NCBI GenBank assembly: GCA_003220675.1
Contig: QHTD01000063.1
Location: 1 to 56,340 of the forward strand
DNA length: 56,340 nt
Direction: 5' to 3'
DNA from: Candidatus Rokuibacteriota bacterium
Lineage (GTDB): Bacteria > Methylomirabilota > Methylomirabilia > Rokubacteriales > CSP1-6
Made by a program: the position numbers and the translations under genes. Shown piece by piece: positions 20,104 through 29,345 of this stretch (position 1 is the stretch's first letter; every line of letters starts with the position of its first letter). Below the pieces are notes generated by a model. The model was given only the letters and a program-made list of their open reading frames with translations. It made no database searches and was not told the origin of the DNA.

Positions 20104-20514
20104 CTACGGCGCCTTCCAGATAACCTTGCCACTTCGGTCGTGAAGGATGAGTGCTGGAGAGCCGTCAGCGCCGGCGAATAGCTCTGCTCGGAGTGTCCTA
20201 TTGCTATCGACGAGACTCAGTCCCATGTTCCCGCCGGCGTCGGCGCTCAACGAGAGCGACTTCCCATCCACAGAAATAAGGCTGAGGCCCACCGAGCCAT
20301 CTTGAAGCAGGCTTAGAGCGGCACGAGCCTTTCCGCTCGCCGGATCGTTTATGAGAAACCTCTGAGCCTCCACAACCGGGGCGGGGCCACGCTGCTGTCC
20401 CATGAGCGCGAGCGCAGTGGCACCAACGAGTACGAAAGTCCCCAATCGCTTCAGCCACCGGTTCTCCCGCTCCAGCCGGTCGAGGCGGTGCTTAAGGCCC
20501 TCAAGCTCATTCAT
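20104..20514 (-). CDS. Hypothetical protein (coiled coil, TM helix, beta-rich tail)
   Basis: GGGGGTG SD-like sequence; RLDRLERENR followed by a hydrophobic helix; ends GKVIWKAP; more A/T-ending codons than its neighbours. Confidence 0.75.
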   Translation of the reverse strand: MNELEGLKHRLDRLERENRWLKRLGTFVLVGATALALMGQQRGPAPVVEAQRFLINDPASGKARAALSLLQDGSVGLSLISVDGKSLSLSADAGGNMGLSLVDSNRTLRAELFAGADGSPALILHDRSGKVIWKAP

Positions 20515-20541
20515 GGTTCACCCCCCTCTGTCTCCTTCACG

Positions 20542-21468
20542 TCAGTACCGGGCATCCGCGGGCTTGTTGCCCTTCGGCCAGTCCCGGTCCTTGCCGGCAA
20601 AGTCAGGCCGCGGCTCGCGGGTGAAATACGCGGCTACATCGTAAGCCTCTTGATCGGTCAGCGTCTCGCCCTGTCCCAGCGGCATCTTAGCCTTGACGAA
20701 CGCGGCCGCGGTGTCCAGGCGCGCCATCCCCGCCCCGATGTTGAACGAGTGCGGGCCCCAGAGCGGTGGAAAGACGGGCTCGCCGTTCGGGCTCGTGATC
20801 CCCTGCCCGTCGGGGCGGTGGCACGCCGCGCACTTTGCCGCATAGACCTCCTTGCCCTTCGTCCGATCCGGCTCCCGGAGGGGCTTGATGCGGAGGAATC
20901 CACGCCCCGCGACGGCCATGCCCGTCGGCACGCCGCGGGACAGCCACGATATGTACGCCAGCACCGCGCGCATCTCTTCACCGTCCCGCGGCAGAGGCTT
21001 GCCGTTCATGGAGCGCTCGAAGCAGTCGTTGATCCGATCCTCGAGATCCTCGACTCTGGCGCTGCGGCTGGAATACTCGGGGAAGAGCCCCCAGATGCCC
21101 GCCCATGGGGCGGCCCAGGCCTGCCGTCCGCGGTCGAGGTGGCAACTCGTGCAGTGCACGCGGGCGCCGACGTACGCCTTGGCGTACACGGGCGTGTGGG
21201 TCAGGATTCGTTCCCCCTGGCGGATCGCCTCACCGAGCGGACCGTCGGGGATCGACGCCTCGCTCGGTGGCCGGAGCGGCGCCACCGGCGGCGTTTTCGG
21301 ACTCTCGGGACGCCTCGTCTGGCCATGAACGCACTGTGGCGTCGACGACAGCAGGCCGGCGACGACGCACGCGACCATCAATCGCGTGAGAACGTCCACC
21401 CGTCTTGCGTCAGAAGACCCACACGGGGTGATCGACGACGCCGTCATTCGCCCCTTCGCAGCCGCCAA
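20542..21468 (-). CDS. tsdA: TsdA-like diheme cytochrome c (thiosulfate dehydrogenase/tetrathionate reductase family)
   Basis: CTSCH and CAACH heme motifs, RINDCFERSMNG (active-site Cys region), FPPLWG.SFNIGAGM, KMP, QEAYDVAAY. Start uncertain (TTG 21468 with strong SD, or ATG 21447 or 21378). Confidence 0.82.
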   Translation of the reverse strand: MAAAKGRMTASSITPCGSSDARRVDVLTRLMVACVVAGLLSSTPQCVHGQTRRPESPKTPPVAPLRPPSEASIPDGPLGEAIRQGERILTHTPVYAKAYVGARVHCTSCHLDRGRQAWAAPWAGIWGLFPEYSSRSARVEDLEDRINDCFERSMNGKPLPRDGEEMRAVLAYISWLSRGVPTGMAVAGRGFLRIKPLREPDRTKGKEVYAAKCAACHRPDGQGITSPNGEPVFPPLWGPHSFNIGAGMARLDTAAAFVKAKMPLGQGETLTDQEAYDVAAYFTREPRPDFAGKDRDWPKGNKPADARY

Positions 21469-21474
21469 CCTCTC
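21455..21474 (+). repeat. 20-bp direct repeat, right copy
   Basis: Exact match to 18552-18571; covers part of the SD and the TTG start of the tsdA-like ORF. Confidence 0.85.
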
Positions 21475-21694
21475 CTCCTTCCCCCTTGTCCCGAGCCAAG
21501 ATCGCGTCCCCCGGAGCCAGAGTCAAGCCGCCAGGAGGAGGAGTGCCCCTCGGCGGCGCTCAGACCGGTGCCGAGCCGTCGGCGACCCTGCCCTCAACGA
21601 CGATTCTTCGCGGTCGTCCATTCCGCTGGTGCAGCCAGCCACGATCTTCCTGCTCGGCCAGCGTGCGGTGACGGTTCGCCTGTAAGATGAGGGC

Positions 21695-22465
21695 GTGATG
21701 CGGTGCCCGCTGCTCCCGGCAGTCGCGCTCGCGTGGCTCGCCCTCGGGTCCGGCCCCGCGCGCGCCGCGGAGCCTCCGCCCCTGACTGTCTTCGCCGCCG
21801 CTGACCTCGTGTTCGCGCTCAAGGAGATCGTGCCGCGCTTCGAGAAGGCGCTCGGCGTGCGGGTCACGCTGGTGCTCGGCTCGACGGGCCAGCTCGCCCA
21901 GCAGATCGAGCACGGCGGCCCCGCCGACGTCTTCTTCGCCGCCGACCAGGCCTTCGTGGATCGCCTCGTGGCAGAGCGCGTGCTCCTCGGCGAGACGCGG
22001 GCGCTCTACGCTCAGGGCCGGATCGTCCTCGCCACCGCGAGAGCGATCGGCTGGAAGCTCACGGAGCTGCGGGACCTGACCGGTCCGAACGTCCGGCACG
22101 TGGCGATCGCCAATCCGGCCCACGCGCCGTACGGCAAGGCGGCCGAGGAGGCCTTGAGGAAGGCGGGCGTCTGGGACGCGGTCAGGCCCAAGCTCGTCTA
22201 CGGCGAGAACATCCGGCACACGCTCCAGTTCCTCCAGACGGGCGCCGCAGAGGCCGGGATGGTGGCATTGTCGGTCGCGAACGTCCCCGAGATCGACTGG
22301 GTGCCGATCGACCCGCGCCTGCACGCGCCGCTCAATCAGGCGACCGCGGTCATGCGCCGCAGTCCCCGGCCCGAGCTGGGGCTCGCGTTCATCCAGTTCG
22401 TGAACGGGCCGGAGGGGCGCCCGATCATGAAGCGCTACGGGTTCCTCTTGCCCGGCGAGTTCTGA
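21695..22465 (+). CDS. modA: Molybdate ABC transporter substrate-binding protein
   Basis: Signal peptide, [39 protein letters not shown]. Confidence 0.93.
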   Translation: MMRCPLLPAVALAWLALGSGPARAAEPPPLTVFAAADLVFALKEIVPRFEKALGVRVTLVLGSTGQLAQQIEHGGPADVFFAADQAFVDRLVAERVLLGETRALYAQGRIVLATARAIGWKLTELRDLTGPNVRHVAIANPAHAPYGKAAEEALRKAGVWDAVRPKLVYGENIRHTLQFLQTGAAEAGMVALSVANVPEIDWVPIDPRLHAPLNQATAVMRRSPRPELGLAFIQFVNGPEGRPIMKRYGFLLPGEF

Positions 22466-22472
22466 GCGGACG

Positions 22473-23126
22473 ATGGACTGGTTCCCCGTCTGGCTCTCCC
22501 TGCGCGTCGCGCTCACGGCGACGGCGCTCACGCTGCTCGCTGGCGTCCCCACCGCCCTCTTGCTCGCCCGCAAGCGCTTCCCCGGACGGAACGTTCTCGA
22601 GGCCATGGTCGTCCTCCCGCTGGTGCTCCCGCCCACGGTGCTCGGCTACTACCTGCTCGTGGTGATCGGAAGCCGCGGCCCCGTCGGGCGGGCACTGGCC
22701 GCGATCGGCGTCGAGTTCGCCTTCACGTGGGGCGCCGCCGTGCTCGCGGCGTGCGTCGGCTCGATCGCCCTTGTGATCAAGTCGGCGCAGGCGGGCTTCG
22801 AGACCGTGGATCGGCAGCTGGAGCAGGCCGCCCGCACGCTCGGGCGCTCCGAGTGGTCGGTCTTCTGGAGCGTGACGCTGCCGCTGGCCTGGCGGTCCGT
22901 TCTGGCCGGGGCTGTGCTGGCGTTCTGCCGGGCGCTCGGCGAGTTCGGGATCACACTGATGGTGGCGGGGAACATCCCGGGCCGGACGCAAACCCTGCCG
23001 CTGGCGATCTACGACCGCGTGCAGGCCGCGCAGATGGGCGAGGCGAACGCGCTCGCGCTGATCGCCGTCGCCGTCGTCGTGGTGCTGCTCTTCGGCCTGA
23101 GCCGGCTGGCGCGGCTTCGCTACTAG
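22473..23126 (+). CDS. modB: Molybdate ABC transporter permease
   Basis: [43 protein letters not shown]. Confidence 0.95.
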   Translation: MDWFPVWLSLRVALTATALTLLAGVPTALLLARKRFPGRNVLEAMVVLPLVLPPTVLGYYLLVVIGSRGPVGRALAAIGVEFAFTWGAAVLAACVGSIALVIKSAQAGFETVDRQLEQAARTLGRSEWSVFWSVTLPLAWRSVLAGAVLAFCRALGEFGITLMVAGNIPGRTQTLPLAIYDRVQAAQMGEANALALIAVAVVVVLLFGLSRLARLRY

Positions 23127-23128
23127 CG

Positions 23129-24247
23129 GTGGTCTCCGTCGAGATCGTCAAAAGGTATCCCGGATTCACGCTCGACGTGAGCTGGCGTGCCGAGAAGTCC
23201 GTCGTGGGGCTCTTCGGGCCGTCGGGCGCCGGCAAGACGCTGACCCTCCAGTGCCTCGCGGGGCTGATCCGCCCGGACGCGGGGCGCATCGTGGTGGACG
23301 ATCGTGTGTTCTTCGACGCGGCCGCCTCGATCGACCTCCCGCCCCAGCAGCGGCGGATCGGCTACGTCTTTCAGGGCTACGCGCTCTTCCCGCACCTCAC
23401 CGTCGAGGAGAATGTCGCCTTCGGGCTGCGCGACCGTCCCCGCGCCGAGCGCCTCCGCCGAAGCGCCGAAGTGATCGAGCGCCTCGGGCTCGGCGGCCTG
23501 GAGCTTCGCTACCCGCGCGAGCTCTCGGGCGGCCAGCGCCAGCGGGTTGCGCTCGGGCGGGCGCTCGCGATCGATCCGGCCCTCCTCCTGCTCGACGAGC
23601 CGCTCTCGGCGCTCGACGTGCCGCTCCGGCGGACGCTGCGCGACGAGCTGCGCGAGACGCTGCGAGGGTTTGAAACTGCGGCCGTCGTCGTCACGCACGA
23701 CTTCACCGAGGCGTACCGGCTCGCCGATCGCATCGTGGTGTACGAGTCCGGGCGCGTCATCCAGTCGGCGCCGCGCGCCGAGCTCTTGTGGCAGCCCGCG
23801 TCGGAGGCGGTCGCGCGCATCATGGGCCTCGCCAACGTGCTGCGCGGCACCGTCGTGAAGGCGACGCCGGAGCGCATCCAGATCGGCTGGCGCGGCCAGA
23901 CGCTCGAGGCGGTGAACTCGCCGACGCGCTCCTACCTGCCGCCGCCCGACAGCCCGATCGCGTTCTTCATCCGCCCCGAGTACGTGCGGCTCATCCGGAA
24001 GGATCGCGGCGCGCCCGACCCGCAGCATCACATGAACCTCATGTCGGGCCGGCTCGTCGGCGAGGCGGACTTCGGCACCGTGTGGACCCTCCGGCTCCGC
24101 CTCGACGCGCCGGGCGCGCCCGCGCAGGGCGACTTCGATCTCGAGGTCGAGGTGCCGCACCTCGTGTACGAGATCCTCGAGATCGACCGCGACCGGCACT
24201 GGCAGCTCTCGATCCACCGGGGCTCGATCCACGTACTGCCTGCCTGA
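23129..24247 (+). CDS. modC: Molybdate ABC transporter ATP-binding protein
   Basis: Start GTG 23129; GPSGAGKT, IGYVFQ, LSGGQRQR, LLLDEP, VTHD. Confidence 0.9.
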   Translation: MVSVEIVKRYPGFTLDVSWRAEKSVVGLFGPSGAGKTLTLQCLAGLIRPDAGRIVVDDRVFFDAAASIDLPPQQRRIGYVFQGYALFPHLTVEENVAFGLRDRPRAERLRRSAEVIERLGLGGLELRYPRELSGGQRQRVALGRALAIDPALLLLDEPLSALDVPLRRTLRDELRETLRGFETAAVVVTHDFTEAYRLADRIVVYESGRVIQSAPRAELLWQPASEAVARIMGLANVLRGTVVKATPERIQIGWRGQTLEAVNSPTRSYLPPPDSPIAFFIRPEYVRLIRKDRGAPDPQHHMNLMSGRLVGEADFGTVWTLRLRLDAPGAPAQGDFDLEVEVPHLVYEILEIDRDRHWQLSIHRGSIHVLPA

Positions 24248-25368
24248 TGGCGCCCCCCGTCCTGGCGCTCTCGAACGTGCGCGTCAGCTACGGCGGGGCC
24301 GACGTCCTCGACGTCGGGGCTCTCGAGGTCGCCGAGGGCGAGGTGCTCGCGGTGATCGGGCCGAACGGGAGCGGCAAGTCCACGCTCCTGCGCGTGGCCG
24401 GGCTGCTCGAGCGGCCGACCACGGGCCGGGTGAGCTTCCGCCAGCGCGTGGTGGACGCGGCACACGCGCTCGCCGAGCGGCGCAGGATGGCGATGGTGTT
24501 CCAGCAGCCGCTGCTCGCCGACATGACGGTCGCCGAGAACGCGGCGCTCGGCCTGGCCTTCCGCGGCGTGGGTGCCGACCTTTGTGAGGCGCGGGTCGGT
24601 CGCTGGCTCGAGCGGCTCAACATCGCGCCGCTGCGCGACCGACGCGCGCGGACGCTCTCGGGCGGTGAGGCGCAGCGCGTCGCGCTCGCGCGGGCGCTCG
24701 TGGTCGAGCCGGATCTCTTGTTGCTCGACGAGCCCTTCGCGGGGCTCGACGAGCCCTCGCGGGGCACGCTCCTGCCCGACCTCGCCGCGATCCTGCGCGG
24801 CGACCGCGTGACGACGATCCTCGTCTCCCACGACCGCGGCGAGGCCCAGGCCCTCGCCGACCGTGTGGCGGTCCTGATGCGGGGGCGGATCCTCCAGCTC
24901 GACGAGACGGCGCGCGTGTTCCACGCGCCAGCGTCCGAGGAGGTCGCGCGCTTCGTCGGCGTCGAGACGATCGTGACGGGTCGGGTGCTCGCGCGTGACG
25001 GCGGCGTCACGGTGGTGGAGGTGGCGGGGCGCAAGCTCGAGGTCGCCGCCCCGGCGCGGCCCGGCGAGCTGGTGAGGCTCGGCATCCGTCCCGAGGATGT
25101 GACGCTCATGCTTCCCACGGAGCACGCGCCCCTGTCGAGCGCGCGCAACCACCTCACGGGGACGATCGCGCACCTGGTACCGTCCACGCCGGCGACCCGC
25201 ATCGTCGTGGACGTCGGCTTCCCGCTCGTCGCCAGCGTCACGGCGCGCTCCGTCGCCGACCTCGGCCTCGCGGAAGGGCTCCCGATCACCGCGGTCTTCA
25301 AGGCGAGCGCGGCCCATCTGATCGGTCTGGCCGGGAGCCCGGGCGGCCCCGGACACGCCTTTGCTTGA
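24247..25368 (+). CDS. tupC: Tungstate-type ABC ATPase with C-terminal TOBE domain(s)
   Basis: Start ATG 24247; [31 protein letters not shown]; TOBE motifs SSARN and VTARS..LGL..FKASA. Confidence 0.8.
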   Translation: MAPPVLALSNVRVSYGGADVLDVGALEVAEGEVLAVIGPNGSGKSTLLRVAGLLERPTTGRVSFRQRVVDAAHALAERRRMAMVFQQPLLADMTVAENAALGLAFRGVGADLCEARVGRWLERLNIAPLRDRRARTLSGGEAQRVALARALVVEPDLLLLDEPFAGLDEPSRGTLLPDLAAILRGDRVTTILVSHDRGEAQALADRVAVLMRGRILQLDETARVFHAPASEEVARFVGVETIVTGRVLARDGGVTVVEVAGRKLEVAAPARPGELVRLGIRPEDVTLMLPTEHAPLSSARNHLTGTIAHLVPSTPATRIVVDVGFPLVASVTARSVADLGLAEGLPITAVFKASAAHLIGLAGSPGGPGHAFA

Positions 25369-25394
25369 CACTGCGAGCCTTCCGGAGCTATAAG
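25365..25394 (+). promoter_or_regulatory. Sigma70-type promoter for moaC-acuC
   Basis: TTGACA (25365-25370), 18-nt spacer, TATAAG (25389-25394); AAGGAGG SD before ATG 25446. Confidence 0.6.
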
Positions 25395-25445
25395 AAGCGG
25401 GCAGGATCCATGAGTTGCGAACCCTCCCACCCAAGGAGGCCTCGC

Positions 25446-26063
25446 ATGGAGCAGGAGACTCTCATCGAGCGACTGACTGCCGAGAACGAGGAATTCCGGC
25501 GCCTCCGCAGCGAGCACCAGGCCCACGACCAGGAGCTCGAGGCGCTCAAGCGCACCGGCCCGACGAAGTCCCGCGCGGGCGCGTCGCGCGGCCTCTCCCA
25601 CCTTTCCCCGGAGGGCGCCGCGCGCATGGTGGACGTCTCCGACAAGCGTGAGACCGTCCGCGAAGCGGTGGCCCGCGCGGTCCTCAAGATGGCGCCCGCG
25701 ACCCTGCGGGTGATCCGTCGCGGCAACGCGCCCAAGGGCGACGTGCTCGGCGTCGCCCGCACGGCCGGCATCCTGGCGGCCAAGCGCACGCCCCAGCTCA
25801 TCCCGCTCTGTCATCCGCTGCGCATCACCGGCGTGGACGTGACCTTCTCCGACGACCTCCGCCGCGGGGAGCTCGCCGTCGAGGCGCGCGTGAGGACCGT
25901 GGACAAGACGGGCGTGGAGATGGAGGCGCTCACCGCGGTGAGCGTGGCGGCGCTCACCGTGTACGACATGATCAAGGCGGTCGAGAGGGGCGTGACGATC
26001 GCGAAGGTCCAGCTCGTCGAGAAGTCGGGCGGCAAGTCCGGGCCGTGGCGGCGGCGCGCATGA
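25446..26063 (+). CDS. moaC: Cyclic pyranopterin monophosphate synthase with an N-terminal DUF465-like coiled-coil extension
   Basis: [47 protein letters not shown]; preceded by [35 protein letters not shown]. Confidence 0.93.
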   Translation: MEQETLIERLTAENEEFRRLRSEHQAHDQELEALKRTGPTKSRAGASRGLSHLSPEGAARMVDVSDKRETVREAVARAVLKMAPATLRVIRRGNAPKGDVLGVARTAGILAAKRTPQLIPLCHPLRITGVDVTFSDDLRRGELAVEARVRTVDKTGVEMEALTAVSVAALTVYDMIKAVERGVTIAKVQLVEKSGGKSGPWRRRA

Positions 26064-27190
26064 TCAAGACCGCGCTCGTCCACTCGGACGCGTACACGCG
26101 CTTCGACTACGGGCCGGAGCACCCGCTCAGGATGGAGCGACTCGGCCTCACGTGGCGGCTCATGGAGGCGTACGGCCTCACGACGCTGCCGAACGCGAGC
26201 GCGCACGCCCCCGACCCCGCGATCGAGAGCGCGATCGCGCGCTGGCACACGAAGGACTACCTCGACGTGCTCAAGGCGGCGAACGGCGGCGTCCCGCCGC
26301 CGAACGCCGCGCGCTGCGGCCTCGGCCCGGGCGACAATCCGGTGTTCCCCGGGCTCTGGGACGCCGCGCGGCTCTGCGCCGGCGGCTCGCTGCTGGCCGC
26401 CGAGCTGGTCGCGAGCGGCCAGGCGACGCGCGCCTTCCACTTCGCCGGCGGCCTCCACCACGCGCTGCCCGGGCGCGCGTCGGGGTTCTGCTACGTCAAC
26501 GACGCGGTCCTCGCGATCCTCTACCTCAAGGCGCGCGGCCTCCGCGTCCTCTACGTGGACATCGACGCCCACCACGGCGACGGCGTCCAGCACGCCTTCT
26601 ACGCGGACCCGGAGGTCATGACCATCTCGACGCACGAGCGCGGCGACTATCTCTTCCCGGGTACCGGCTTCGTCGAGGAGGCGGGCGGGGGCGAGGCCGT
26701 CGGCTACTCCGTGAATCTCCCGCTCGAGCCGTTCACCGACTCGTCCGTCTATCTCGCGGCGTTCGAGGAGGTCGTGCCACCGCTGCTCGGCGCGTTCAAG
26801 CCCGACGTCGTCGTCGCCCAACTCGGGATCGACTCCCACCGCACCGACCCGCTCACGCACCTCGCGCTGGACGTCCAGGGGTTCACGCGCGCGGTCGCGC
26901 GCATCGTCGAGCAGGCACCCCGGCTCGTGGCGCTCGGCGGTGGAGGCTACGACCTGTCCAACGTCGCGCGCGCGTGGACCGCCGCGTGGGCGGTCATGAA
27001 CGGCGTCGAGCTGCCGGCGGAGCTCCCGGCGTCATTCGCGGAGGACGCCCGACGCTACGGGTTCCGGATGCGAACCGTGTGGGACCCGCCGGAGCCGCCC
27101 GAGGACGTGAAGCGACGCCGCGCCGAGGCGTACGTGCAGCAGCAGATCGAGGCGATCCGCCGCATCATCTTCCCGATCCACCGCCTCTAG
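26060..27190 (+). CDS. acuC: Zn-dependent lysine deacetylase (AcuC / HDAC class I-like)
   Basis: Start ATG 26060 (ATGA overlap); [43 protein letters not shown]. Confidence 0.9.
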   Translation: MIKTALVHSDAYTRFDYGPEHPLRMERLGLTWRLMEAYGLTTLPNASAHAPDPAIESAIARWHTKDYLDVLKAANGGVPPPNAARCGLGPGDNPVFPGLWDAARLCAGGSLLAAELVASGQATRAFHFAGGLHHALPGRASGFCYVNDAVLAILYLKARGLRVLYVDIDAHHGDGVQHAFYADPEVMTISTHERGDYLFPGTGFVEEAGGGEAVGYSVNLPLEPFTDSSVYLAAFEEVVPPLLGAFKPDVVVAQLGIDSHRTDPLTHLALDVQGFTRAVARIVEQAPRLVALGGGGYDLSNVARAWTAAWAVMNGVELPAELPASFAEDARRYGFRMRTVWDPPEPPEDVKRRRAEAYVQQQIEAIRRIIFPIHRL

Positions 27191-27194
27191 TCAA

Positions 27195-27305
27195 TCGGAG
27201 GGGGCCGTCGAGGCCCCCTCCGAGGCCTCCCCCATAGGATCGGTTGCGGCGGCAAAGCCGCCGCTCGAACCCGGGATCGTTGCGCCGGCGGAGCCGGCGC
27301 TCGAA
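27195..27305 (+). repeat. REP/MITE-like bipartite palindrome, copy 2 (second hairpin present twice)
   Basis: Hairpin 1 at 27195-27223; TTGCG...CGCTCGAA hairpins at 27244-27269 and 27280-27305; lies between convergent genes, right after CTAG. Confidence 0.85.
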
Positions 27306-27318
27306 GCGCGCTTAACGC

Positions 27319-27963
27319 TCAGGGACCCGGCTGGACGAGCAGGGCTCGGATGTCGAGGAAGGCCTGGCGCTCGTCGAAGAGGGAGAGGCTATAGATCTCG
27401 CGGACGCGGCCCGCTCCATCGATCAGGTAGAGGCGTGCAGGGTGATCGATCTCGCCGGCCGGTAGGGGCTTCGTCCACTCGTCCCACGCCGCGAGCATCG
27501 GTCGCAGGGCGTCGCTCGCGTCCCGAAGGAACTTCCAGCCGCGCGGGTCGGCGCCGAATCCCTTCGCGTAGCGCGCCAGGGTCTCGGTGGTGTCCCGGTC
27601 GGGATCGACCGTGACCGAGACGAAGTTGACGCGCGAGGGAAAGAGCCCCGCCGCGGTCAGCCGCCGCTGCAGCACGGCCATTCGCTGGGTGACGAGGGGA
27701 CACGCGGACGGGCACGAGGTGTAGATGAACGCGAGCAGGACGATGCGTCCCGCGAAGTCCGTGAGGCTCACCGGGCGGCCCTCCGGATCGCCGAGGGTGA
27801 ATCGCGGGGCTCTGCCAATGACGCCGAGGCTCGGGTGGGTCGAGAGGAGGCGCGCTGCGCCGGCGCGCTGGGGAGCGTCGTGAGCGCGCGCAGGACGCGG
27901 CGCCACGGCGAGCAGCAGCGCCGCGACCAGGACGAGGCTGGCGAGCTGGCGCCCGCCGCGCAT
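27319..27963 (-). CDS. SCO1/SenC-family copper chaperone
   Basis: Signal peptide, FIYTSCPSACP (CxxxC), VTVDPDRDT, IDH, YLID. Confidence 0.92.
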   Translation of the reverse strand: MRGGRQLASLVLVAALLLAVAPRPARAHDAPQRAGAARLLSTHPSLGVIGRAPRFTLGDPEGRPVSLTDFAGRIVLLAFIYTSCPSACPLVTQRMAVLQRRLTAAGLFPSRVNFVSVTVDPDRDTTETLARYAKGFGADPRGWKFLRDASDALRPMLAAWDEWTKPLPAGEIDHPARLYLIDGAGRVREIYSLSLFDERQAFLDIRALLVQPGP

Positions 27964-27966
27964 GCG

Positions 27967-29178
27967 TCAGTAGAGGAGCATGTCGTGCGCCCGCGCCGGC
28001 CCCGTCGGGAGCTTGGTGAAGTCCACGTCGAAGAACGGATCCATCTTGAGCCGACCGTCCGGGCCGATGTGGACGAGCCGAACCCAGAAGTTTCCGGAGT
28101 AGTCCATCGTCGAGAGGAGCGAGTTCGTGACGTACATGCGCTTGCCGTCCATCGTCACGTGCATCATGTTCGGGGACACGCCGGGAACCACGGTGTCGTG
28201 GAGCCGAGGCCGGTCGGGGCGCGACACGTCCCACGCCTGGATCTCGCTCCGCATGAAGCAGGAGACGTAGAGGTAGCGGTCGTCCGGCGACTGGCGGAGA
28301 TCCGCGGGCAGGCACCCCTTGCCGAGGTCCGCCGCCTTCTTCGCCGTGAAGCTCCCTGCCTTCGTCTGCGCGAAGAACCAGATCGAGTCGCCGAGCGCCG
28401 AGTTGGTCCAGCCGTGCGTCGCCCCCGGCTTGAGGCTCCAGCGCACCTCGAGCGGGACCGGGTCGGTGACGAGCGTCTGGATCACCTTGCGCTCCTTGAA
28501 GTCCCAGACGAGCATCGTGTTGCCGCCATCCTTCATGTCCCACTGCGCGAGCGGCTTCATGTAGTTGCGGAGCGGCGTGAAGCTCGAGGTGATCATGCGG
28601 TTGATCTCGGGCTTCACGGCGACGTCGTACGCGTAGGGCGCGTTGTCCGGGTTCTTGAACACCCGGATGAGCTGGCCGTCGTTCGTGAACTCGGCCAGGC
28701 CCCCCGGCGGAGCCCCGTCGGCGGAGGACAGAAACGTGAGGAGCATGCGCCCGGGCAGCGCGTAGTACGTGTGGGGCCCGTGAAACCCGGTCAGCGCGCT
28801 GACGTCGTCGATGGTCTTGACGATCCTCGGCTTGGCGGGATCGGCGGCGACCTCCAGGATGAAGAGCCGTTTGGAGAGCAGGGTCCCCGCCCAGATCTTG
28901 GTCCGGTCGTCGGTGAAGCCCATGTGGTGCGGCTCGTTGCCCGCCGAGCCGAGATCCACCGTGTTGATGACGCGCCCGTAGCCGGGCGAGGCGAGGTTGA
29001 CGTCGATGACGGCGAGGAAATCGTTGTCCTTGGCGTCGGCATCGACCGAGTAGACGTAGAGGTACTTCTCGGGCGCCGCCAGGCGCTTCACGTAGGGGGA
29101 CAGGCACACTTCCGCGACGGCAACGCTCGCGGTGGCGATGACGGCGAGGAGAGCGAGGGAAAGCGTCCGGCGCCTCAT
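27967..29178 (-). CDS. Secreted SBP56 / methanethiol-oxidase-like beta-propeller protein
   Basis: Start ATG 29178 with AGGAGG SD; signal peptide; EVCLSPY, EPHHMGFTDDR, GPHTYYALPGRML, PLEVRW, DGKRMYVTNSL, AHDM. Confidence 0.88.
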   Translation of the reverse strand: MRRRTLSLALLAVIATASVAVAEVCLSPYVKRLAAPEKYLYVYSVDADAKDNDFLAVIDVNLASPGYGRVINTVDLGSAGNEPHHMGFTDDRTKIWAGTLLSKRLFILEVAADPAKPRIVKTIDDVSALTGFHGPHTYYALPGRMLLTFLSSADGAPPGGLAEFTNDGQLIRVFKNPDNAPYAYDVAVKPEINRMITSSFTPLRNYMKPLAQWDMKDGGNTMLVWDFKERKVIQTLVTDPVPLEVRWSLKPGATHGWTNSALGDSIWFFAQTKAGSFTAKKAADLGKGCLPADLRQSPDDRYLYVSCFMRSEIQAWDVSRPDRPRLHDTVVPGVSPNMMHVTMDGKRMYVTNSLLSTMDYSGNFWVRLVHIGPDGRLKMDPFFDVDFTKLPTGPARAHDMLLY

Positions 29179-29251
29179 GGAAATCCTCCTGGTTGACCGG
29201 ACCCTAGCACACGCGGGTGGTTCCAGCAACGCGGGGCGCCGCGCTGGCCGG

Positions 29252-29279
29252 TTGACAAGCCGGTCGATTCGCCGATAAT
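29252..29279 (+). promoter_or_regulatory. Sigma70-type promoter
   Basis: TTGACA (29252-29257), 16-nt spacer, GATAAT (29274-29279). Confidence 0.55.
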
Positions 29280-29345
29280 CACACTGCGCTCGGGTCCCCT
29301 TCAGCTTTCCTCTGGCATCGTTCTTCCGTTCGCGACACGGGAGGA

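Noticed and set aside
18552-21474. The 20-bp repeat as an integron attC site or a tRNA 3' end
   Set aside because: No proper RYYYAAC/GTTRRRY pair or attC palindrome, and no T-loop/CCA or cloverleaf.
20064-21528. 9-bp repeat GAGTCAAGC (20064-20072 and 21520-21528)
   Set aside because: Too short to distinguish from chance.
21475-21694. Moco/Wco riboswitch upstream of modA (also considered upstream of tupA and moaC)
   Set aside because: I cannot recognise the conserved motif; modA looks leaderless or short-leadered and the other leaders are too short. An Rfam cmscan would settle it.
27967-29178. Calling the SBP56 gene mtoX
   Set aside because: The TTQ Trp positions appear substituted and mauG is absent from the window, so the symbol is withheld.
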